64,000 bases of DNA, taken from assembly GCA_903825395.1 (NCBI GenBank), contig CAIKAF010000005.1, positions 82,755 to 146,754 on the forward strand, given 5' to 3'. Shown here one piece after another: positions 57,660-64,000 of this stretch. The position numbers and the translations under genes are program-made. Source of the stretch: an uncultured Flavobacteriales bacterium. GTDB taxonomy: Bacteria; Bacteroidota; Bacteroidia; CAIKAF01. Below the pieces are notes generated by a model. The model was not told the DNA's origin. It saw only the letters and a program-made list of their open reading frames with translations, and ran no database searches. The stretch's first letter is position 1. Every line of letters starts with the position of its first letter.

Positions 57660-58800
57660 CTTGTACTTTTGATGCCAGAAGAAAACTTAACTGTTGTCCG
57701 TCAAGCCAAACCGGACCGTCCATACTTTCTTCCGTGGTATTGGCCTCTAGAAATAAGGTGTAATCCAAGCCGCAAGCCTGGGCCAAATGTTGATAGCAAA
57801 ACCGGTTCCATGGCGCAGCTTGCAAAAAAGGGAAACTGATTTCAACCACCTGCCCGCCCGCTGGCAAAAACATGAGATTGGTTAAGTTTGCCCCATGAAA
57901 CCCAATCAGGCCGATTGAGTTTCGTACCACAACAAGTTGATCTCGGAACGCCAGTTCATCAAAATCCACGTAGTTTACCGGTATCTCCGCCAAGGCTTCC
58001 TTTACTTCTGCAACGTTCAAAATTGACCTAGAAAGCCCAGGTCTGCGAAGAGCAAATACAAACTGAGTCGGGGAGGCCCTATTGGTTTCTATGTTTGCAT
58101 ACAGCGCACGTATGCTTTTTTTTAACAGACCTGCGCTTGGAATGTCCGCCCAAGGCTCTGAAATGAAAAAAAACCGCTTAACCAGAACAAGTTCTTCCTC
58201 CCCCGAATGCCTGAAAACAGGCAATTGAGGCGCAATCAATTTGATGCTCTCTATGCAAAAATTAGGAAACGATTTAGGTAGTAGTATTGGTGTGATTTGG
58301 GCCTCTGGATGTGCCATCCAAAGCCGAAGCCTAGGAACAGTTTCGGTCATCCAATGGTAATAATTGTTCATTGACCATCGGTTATACAACAGTACACCTC
58401 TGTCCATTCTATGAATCGTCCTCTTCAGCCTAGACTCCAAAATAAAAAAACCATGTATGGTTTTTGATTCAGAACTATGTTTAAGTCCCAATTGCGCCAA
58501 GCCCTTGGGGCACAACCATACTCCCTCGCTATAAACCAAGGCCGATGCATATTCGTGGGCATAAACGGCTCGCGTTTTCACTGGTAAGGCTGGTTCGGGT
58601 ATTCCAAATGGTTTATACCCTAAGGGCTCTTCCTCAGCCAATAGTAGCCCACTTGGAGGATGGGTATCGCTGGTTAAGCTCGCGTTTTCTTTTCCTGCCA
58701 GCCACCAAGCCAACCATTTAGGTTTCCATATCAGCAGCAAAAAATACAACCAGGACCGCATTCCTTTTTTAGGGACGGTTTGGATTTCCAAATATGGCAT
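57652..58800 (-). CDS. GT61/DUF563-family glycosyltransferase (paralogue 3 of 3)
   Basis: NNYYHWMTETVPRLRLW is the DUF563 hallmark, and the protein is 382 aa. Confidence 0.55.
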   Translation of the reverse strand: MPYLEIQTVPKKGMRSWLYFLLLIWKPKWLAWWLAGKENASLTSDTHPPSGLLLAEEEPLGYKPFGIPEPALPVKTRAVYAHEYASALVYSEGVWLCPKGLAQLGLKHSSESKTIHGFFILESRLKRTIHRMDRGVLLYNRWSMNNYYHWMTETVPRLRLWMAHPEAQITPILLPKSFPNFCIESIKLIAPQLPVFRHSGEEELVLVKRFFFISEPWADIPSAGLLKKSIRALYANIETNRASPTQFVFALRRPGLSRSILNVAEVKEALAEIPVNYVDFDELAFRDQLVVVRNSIGLIGFHGANLTNLMFLPAGGQVVEISFPFLQAAPWNRFCYQHLAQACGLDYTLFLEANTTEESMDGPVWLDGQQLSFLLASKVQDV

Positions 58801-59767
58801 GAACCAGGCCCCTTTTCATCAAATACCTATACTCTGGTTGCAGTTCTGGCGACCATGCCTTTTTGCTCTTGAATAGCCATCGCAGCAAATCAAAGTTTGA
58901 GCCCATATCCTCTAAAAAGATGCTGTGTTGAAAAACAAAGGCAGAAACAATGTGCTGAGCAAGGGAAACCGAAACCTGTACCCTTAATGCATAATTAAAG
59001 GGTTTTTTCAGACCGGCGGCGGGAAACATTGGGACTTTTGAATCAGGGAAACAGAGGTTTGACAATGCTTGCATAAGCAAAAGGCGTTCGGCAAACATGT
59101 GCGATTTACCGGGCGGCTCCTGTGCTTGAATGGATGATTTGGCCTCAGGATGCCTTCGAAAATTAGAAACCGTATTTTCAATTTGTACTACTGGCGCTTC
59201 TGGGCTACCCAGCAATAGGCTAAACCACAATTCCAAATCCATGGCGTACTGAAATTCGGGGTGAACCCCACCTAAGGCCCGAACTTTATCTCCATTGAAT
59301 AGGGTCCCCTCCTGATTAATGTTGGCCTTTGAAAGGGTTTCTGCCCTTGAAGCGCCGAGAAAAGAAGGTTGCCGCAGGTGAGAGAACCGGGCTTCATCCC
59401 AAACCTTTGCTGAGCCACAAACCGCCAGGGGGCTGGGCTGACTCTTCCATCCGTCGGCCCAGGCAAAAAGGGCGCCTGGCTCCAAAAAATCATCCGAGTT
59501 AATCCATCCCACCAATTCCCCTTTGCTTCGAACCAACCCCTTATTAATGGCACGGCTTTGCCCTCCGTCCGGACAAGACTCCCAAGCGTGCAAATGCGGG
59601 GCGTATTTCTTGATGATGTTTACGCTTTCGTCGGTGCTACCCCCATCCATAACCATGTATTCAAGCTCAGGATAACCCTGACTAAGTACAGAATCTATGG
59701 TTTGTTCCAAATACATTCCCTGATTAAAAGAGGGGGTTACCAAGGTGATTGTTGGAAAGGTCGGCAT
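58769..59767 (-). CDS. Glycosyltransferase family 2
   Basis: The likely start MPTFPTITLVTPSFNQGMYLEQTIDSVLSQGYPELEYMVMDGGSTDES is at 59767, while the tracked ORF starts at 59818. The DxD is in NSDD. Confidence 0.75.
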   Translation of the reverse strand: MPTFPTITLVTPSFNQGMYLEQTIDSVLSQGYPELEYMVMDGGSTDESVNIIKKYAPHLHAWESCPDGGQSRAINKGLVRSKGELVGWINSDDFLEPGALFAWADGWKSQPSPLAVCGSAKVWDEARFSHLRQPSFLGASRAETLSKANINQEGTLFNGDKVRALGGVHPEFQYAMDLELWFSLLLGSPEAPVVQIENTVSNFRRHPEAKSSIQAQEPPGKSHMFAERLLLMQALSNLCFPDSKVPMFPAAGLKKPFNYALRVQVSVSLAQHIVSAFVFQHSIFLEDMGSNFDLLRWLFKSKKAWSPELQPEYRYLMKRGLVHAIFGNPNRP

Positions 59768-59771
59768 GCTG

Positions 59772-60701
59772 CTAACTGGATAAAGTATGCCGATGCAGGA
59801 TTCTATACACCAATGCATACAATAGCGGGATATTTATCAGTCCAGCCAACAGAGCCTGCTTTTTATCAAAAAATTGAGGATGGATTTTAAGCAAATTCAA
59901 CAGGGCTGTTCGCTGTCGACTTCGAGTAAAATACCGATACAGGTAATCGGCATAATGCTGGGCCATTGGCGGATTAAATTTTTCATAAAAGGGTAGACTC
60001 TTAAGGCGAAGAGGCACCATATCTTCTTCCTTGACCGAGGCGTTCATTCCAGATTCGCTGCGGTGCCATTGGTATATTTCTCGGTCAATCCAGTATCCGG
60101 CAGCCCCGTTTAGGAGTGCCCTGCGCCAAAAATCAACATCCTGAACCGTATTTGAAAAGGCCAAATCGTAACCGCCTATGGCTTCCCACACCCTTTTTCT
60201 GCAGGGGCTTGTCCCCAATAATTTCCAATTTTCGCTAAGCTTAAACCCATTTAATCTGCCTCCGGGTTGACCGTTATCGGTTAGTTCTCCACACAAGACC
60301 AAATCCTGTGTCGATGTGGAGCCAAGAACACGGTAATTTCCATAAAAAAAATCAGCGTCCGGAAACTGTGAAATGGCAACCTTAAGATCGGAAATTGCCG
60401 TAGGCGGCAAACTATCATCGGCATCTAGGGGCACAACCCAGTCGATGGAATGCGCAAATCCGCTGTTTCTAGCGGCAGATAATCCTGCATTTTGTTTGTG
60501 TTCCACCCAAAGAAAACCCCGCTCATGGACGTACGATGTAGCCAGCGTTCTCGTTAGCTCATCACCCGCATCAAAAACAATAATGGTGGTAAAAAGGGAA
60601 TCGGTTTGAGCCAAAATTGAATCTATCGCTCTTTGCAGCAGCTTGCCTTCACGAAAACAGGTAAGAACGATAGAAATATGAGGTTCAACGCTCCTGGTCA
60701 T
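59772..60701 (-). CDS. Glycosyltransferase family 2
   Basis: ISIVLTCFREGKLLQRAIDSILAQTD…IIVFDAG…PLDADD. Confidence 0.8.
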   Translation of the reverse strand: MTRSVEPHISIVLTCFREGKLLQRAIDSILAQTDSLFTTIIVFDAGDELTRTLATSYVHERGFLWVEHKQNAGLSAARNSGFAHSIDWVVPLDADDSLPPTAISDLKVAISQFPDADFFYGNYRVLGSTSTQDLVLCGELTDNGQPGGRLNGFKLSENWKLLGTSPCRKRVWEAIGGYDLAFSNTVQDVDFWRRALLNGAAGYWIDREIYQWHRSESGMNASVKEEDMVPLRLKSLPFYEKFNPPMAQHYADYLYRYFTRSRQRTALLNLLKIHPQFFDKKQALLAGLINIPLLYALVYRILHRHTLSS

Positions 60702-61993
60702 CGAAGCTGTTCCTGTGGTATTTTAGTCAATGCATCAAAAACCTCTTTATAGGCTTGCAGACAGGTTTGAAGGCTAAATTTAGATGCAAAAGCAAGCCTG
60801 GCAAGGCGGCTGTGTTCGCTCCAACAATCCGGACTATCCAAATAGGTTTGAATGGCCATTACCAGCCCTTCCACCCGAGCCTTTCCGTTTGGGTCTGCCT
60901 GCAATAGCTGTCCGGCCAAACCCCATTCCGTGCTCAACATACTCGGAATTTCAGCCACCGGCAAGGCAATAACCGGCGTTCCGTAGGCCAGACTTTCGGT
61001 AATAGCATAGGGAAGGCTTTCTTGAAAATAGGAGGGCAGCAATGATGCATGGGCCGCGGCCAAAAGTGGGGCAGGATTGGACAAATACCCGAGCCAATTC
61101 ACCCCGGTAAGCCCTGCATACTCCTGTTTCAACGTTTCCATATATTCAGTTGGGGAGTATATGGCTTGGAGTTCTACTTGAATCTGTTTGGCATTAAGTA
61201 TTTGAATGGCTTGAAGCGCTTGTTCCCAACCCTTTTCCGGAATACCTCTGGCCATCATAACCAATTTTAAGGGCTTCTGATGGTCCGGTTTTTCCGGAAT
61301 ATCCCGTTGGGGCTCATACCCTAAATAAACTTTTTTGACAATGGTGTGGGGTGAAAGCGGTACATGCGCGTAGATATCCACATTGTCTTCTGCTGTGTAC
61401 AATATGGTATCCGTTTTCCCCAAAATGGCGGCAGCATGATTGATAAACTCTTTTTCACTTCCTAAAATTCCCCAGCGCACCCGATTGTATGAACTATGCT
61501 GGGTCAACACCCAAGGGAGGTTCACAAGCGGCTTCAATTGTTTGGCAACAAATGCATCTGAAGCCGAACTGTTGCTGTTTACCAAAACAATTCGATTTTT
61601 TTTTAATCGATGCTGCCAAGCCCGCTGCTCTTTGGCTTTCTTCAGTTTGAAGTAGGTATTGGTAAATCCAAAGGGACGCAACACCGCATTGGCTTTCCAA
61701 AACAGTTGGTCTGCCAAAGAGGCTTCCGGATACTGGTAGAGGGGGAATTCTTTCCAATGGCCGCCTTCGAAGAAAAAGCGCTGAAAATCAGCTTGATTGC
61801 TGCTGGGATTTAGTATCCCAATCCACGGTTGGTACTCGCCGCTTAGGCCTTCGCCAAGGCGCTTTAAAAACATTTCAGCCCCCCCCGCCTGCAAATCATT
61901 GATTAAATAAAGAATTCCCGGCTTCAATCCTGTTCTTGAATGGTTAACCACAGATTTTGAATCCCCTGTTTTAAGGTGGTTTTTGCCCGCCAC
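60698..61993 (-). CDS. Glycosyltransferase family 4 (start uncertain)
   Basis: GT-B N-half ILYLINDLQAGGAEMFLKRL and C-half Glycos_transf_1-like ESLPYAITESLAYGTPVIA. The tracked start overlaps the upstream gene by 70 bp, so the true start is probably an alternative codon further in. Confidence 0.65.
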   Translation of the reverse strand: MAGKNHLKTGDSKSVVNHSRTGLKPGILYLINDLQAGGAEMFLKRLGEGLSGEYQPWIGILNPSSNQADFQRFFFEGGHWKEFPLYQYPEASLADQLFWKANAVLRPFGFTNTYFKLKKAKEQRAWQHRLKKNRIVLVNSNSSASDAFVAKQLKPLVNLPWVLTQHSSYNRVRWGILGSEKEFINHAAAILGKTDTILYTAEDNVDIYAHVPLSPHTIVKKVYLGYEPQRDIPEKPDHQKPLKLVMMARGIPEKGWEQALQAIQILNAKQIQVELQAIYSPTEYMETLKQEYAGLTGVNWLGYLSNPAPLLAAAHASLLPSYFQESLPYAITESLAYGTPVIALPVAEIPSMLSTEWGLAGQLLQADPNGKARVEGLVMAIQTYLDSPDCWSEHSRLARLAFASKFSLQTCLQAYKEVFDALTKIPQEQLR

Positions 61994-62868
61994 CCCTCGG
62001 AAGCGGCCTTGCCTGGATCTAAACTCATGCGTCGAACATCAGAGGGATGGGCAGGTATTAACTCCCGTTTTAAGGGCACACCCGCTATCAATTCAACCTG
62101 CTCCAATACCTGAAACACCGAAACGGCTTCGCCGGAACAAACATTATAAACGCCGCGCATATTCTTTATTAATGCATATTCAACGAAATCCAGCAGGTCT
62201 TCCAAGAATAAAAAATCTTTGATTTGATTTCCGCCCCCTTGAAGGAAAAACAGATTTCTTGTGTAAGAAGCCTTTAACATGGAAAATACCACCCCTTGAC
62301 CTGTTCGGTGACCTTGACCAAAACCATAAATGGTAGATGGGCGTAAAATCAATGCCTTTAATCCTTGCAACTGATACCATTCTATCCAGGCCTCCGCATT
62401 TTTTTTTCCCACACCATAGGGGCTTATCGGGCGCAGCGGATGATCTTCTGAAGCTTGTCCCTTTTCAATTTCGCCATAAACGGCACCCCCACTTGAAAAG
62501 TAGATTAGTTTTATGCCTTTCTTTTGAAGATGCGGCAGAACATGCATCAGTGGCATTTCGTTTTCCTGTATTTCAAGAATGGGTTGGTCAAAAGAGGATT
62601 TGGGTAATGTAGAACATTGAAGGTATATGCAAACGTCAATTCCTTCCAACGCTCCTTCCCAGGCCGATGAACGTTGAGGAGGAGTGAAGTATTCTCCCAA
62701 AAAACCAGACGGGGGCCTCCATGGATCTATAACTATGCACTGAACTCCACCTTGAGTCAGTCTGTTCGCAAGGGCCGAACCTATAAATCCACTGCCCCCA
62801 ATCAACGCGATGCGCATTCTACTTAACCTCTGATTTTTTGCCTCCATACCAAAAACATATCGTACCAT
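61924..62868 (-). CDS. NAD-dependent sugar epimerase/dehydratase (SDR family)
   Basis: Rossmann motif IALIGGSGFIGSALANRL, with YxxxK in SPYGVGK, and the protein is 314 aa. Confidence 0.8.
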   Translation of the reverse strand: MVRYVFGMEAKNQRLSRMRIALIGGSGFIGSALANRLTQGGVQCIVIDPWRPPSGFLGEYFTPPQRSSAWEGALEGIDVCIYLQCSTLPKSSFDQPILEIQENEMPLMHVLPHLQKKGIKLIYFSSGGAVYGEIEKGQASEDHPLRPISPYGVGKKNAEAWIEWYQLQGLKALILRPSTIYGFGQGHRTGQGVVFSMLKASYTRNLFFLQGGGNQIKDFLFLEDLLDFVEYALIKNMRGVYNVCSGEAVSVFQVLEQVELIAGVPLKRELIPAHPSDVRRMSLDPGKAASEGWRAKTTLKQGIQNLWLTIQEQD

Positions 62869-63764
62869 TCAGGGAAAAAAAGGGCATAAAACCATGTCTT
62901 TTTTTCCCGCCAAGTTTGGGGATTGTTCCCAAAAAAATGAAACTGGGCCAAGCGCAGGCGGCGCATGCTGAACCGAGGTAGCTCTTTAAACTTCCAAAGC
63001 AAGGCCGATTCCCGAAGAACATAAGCGCGAATAAACGTTCTGTATTCGCCTTTTGTATGGGTATCAAATTGGCAAAGCATCTCCAAGCGGTTTAAGGCCG
63101 CCAACCAAAAACGGTTTGCTTGTTTTGAAACTCCGCCGGGGTGCTGTCGATACACCGCCGGCTTCCCTGATATTTTCAATGCATAGCCATGGCGCAACAC
63201 TTCCAACTGCACTAGAACATCTATACTAAAGGCCTCAAAAAAGAAATTGGGCCATTCCCAGTTTTGACGGTTTCTAAATACCATGCTGCAGGTTGGGATG
63301 GAATGGTTCAGAATAGCTTCTTTAATTCCCGAACGTTCTTGTGGAAGAGGCGCATACGGAAACCGCCGAATTACGCCTTGTTCCAGCACTTCCACTTCAT
63401 GCCAACAAAGTTGAGCCTCGGGCTCGAACTCCAAGGCTTGAATCTGCCGCTGAAGCTTATTGGGGTCTGTCCAAAAATCATCGCCTTCGCACAAGGCAAT
63501 GTAAGCCCCTCTTGCCCGCGAAATGGTATCCAACCAATTGAAGGCTACACCTCCATTTTTATCTCTCAACAAGAGGTGAGCCTGTGGAAAATGGGTTTCT
63601 ACCCATTTCTGAATCAACGCAGGACTTTGGTCGGTTGAAGCATCGTCGCTAATCCACAATTCCAATTCAAATTGACCTTTCTGCATGGCAATGCCATTAA
63701 GGCAATCCAAAATAAAAGCGGATTGATTGTAACACAAGACCACCACGGAAACCCTTGGAATCAA
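62823..63764 (-). CDS. Glycosyltransferase family 2
   Basis: VSVVVLCYNQSAFILDCLNGIAMQ…WISDDASTD with a DxD in CEGDD. Confidence 0.8.
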   Translation of the reverse strand: MIPRVSVVVLCYNQSAFILDCLNGIAMQKGQFELELWISDDASTDQSPALIQKWVETHFPQAHLLLRDKNGGVAFNWLDTISRARGAYIALCEGDDFWTDPNKLQRQIQALEFEPEAQLCWHEVEVLEQGVIRRFPYAPLPQERSGIKEAILNHSIPTCSMVFRNRQNWEWPNFFFEAFSIDVLVQLEVLRHGYALKISGKPAVYRQHPGGVSKQANRFWLAALNRLEMLCQFDTHTKGEYRTFIRAYVLRESALLWKFKELPRFSMRRLRLAQFHFFGNNPQTWREKKTWFYALFFPEWYDMFLVWRQKIRG

Positions 63765-63774
63765 TTTCCTGTTT

Positions 63775-64000
63775 TTATGAATAATACGATTGCTTAGGAC
63801 TGTTTTTCCATTGTTCCAACCAGATTGACAAAACCATTATACCCCATTGGGCGGGGGCATCAAAGCGTCCCGTTTTGGTCTGTATTTCATGCCAACTCCG
63901 AACCAAATCCAAATCCAGCCAGTCCTTAAGCAGGCTGGTTGAATCATAAATGGAAGAGGTAAAAAGAGGCTTCAGCGAGCCTTGATTTATCCATTCTGTC
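63775..64000 (-). CDS. Partial CDS (C-terminal end; runs off the window), unknown function
   Basis: The minus-strand frame is open from 64000 down to a TAA at 63775–63777 (…TEWINQGSLKPLFTSSIYDSTSLLKDWLDLDLVRSWHEIQTKTGRFDAPAQWGIMVLSIWLEQWKNSPKQSYYS*). It is co-directional with the glycosyltransferase array. Confidence 0.35.
   Translation of the reverse strand, partial: TEWINQGSLKPLFTSSIYDSTSLLKDWLDLDLVRSWHEIQTKTGRFDAPAQWGIMVLSIWLEQWKNSPKQSYYS

Noticed and set aside
1-64000. Mobile elements, prophage, integrons or defence islands (transposase, integrase, recombinase, RM, toxin–antitoxin or Cas signatures)
   Set aside because: No ORF shows a DDE or Tyr/Ser recombinase, methylase, nuclease or phage structural-protein signature. 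The only mobile-like features are the two short non-coding repeat families.

Overview
This 64-kb window looks like a Bacteroidota chromosome (Cytophagia/Sphingobacteriia-like, about 50% GC). The calls below come from reading the six-frame translations and the DNA by eye. No database search or computation was run, so every family assignment is recognition of sequence motifs, not a hit. The window falls into three blocks.

- **1–8 kb:** a LemA–TPM–TPM operon on the plus strand, then five co-directional minus-strand genes that all encode signal-peptide or lipoprotein products of unknown function.
- **8.3–20 kb:** a complete respiratory supercluster on the minus strand, alternative complex III (actA-B-C-D-E-F) followed by cytochrome c oxidase subunits II and I.
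- **20.4–64 kb:** a methyltransferase/M23 peptidase/acyl-CoA dehydrogenase island, then a very large surface-polysaccharide biosynthesis region. It carries the GDP-fucose pathway (manC, gmd, fcl), at least 17 glycosyltransferases (GT2, GT4, GT61/DUF563 and GT-C types) and five SAM methyltransferases. It also has an AsnB-type asparagine synthase, a PIG-L deacetylase and two different N-acetyl-sugar amidotransferase systems. One of those systems is wired as an unusual GT–HisH–GT triple fusion and the other as an Ntn-glutaminase–WbuX fusion. Almost all of it is co-directional on the minus strand with 4–20 bp gene overlaps.

The intergenic spaces hold three kinds of repeat that no gene model explains.

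- A GC-rich element of about 160–180 bp (about 70% GC), seven copies in both orientations.
- A palindromic element of about 146 bp with TTTTTACCACAAAG…CTTTGTGGTAAAAA termini, at five loci, two of them as tandem copies.
- A 52-bp x5 tandem array bracketed by 40-bp direct repeats.

No rRNA, tRNA, CRISPR, transposase or integrase was found. The most novel-looking items are the fused amidotransferase architectures, the repeat families and the uncharacterised secreted-protein operon. The repeats include hairpin-forming copies, and they bracket genes in inverted orientation.
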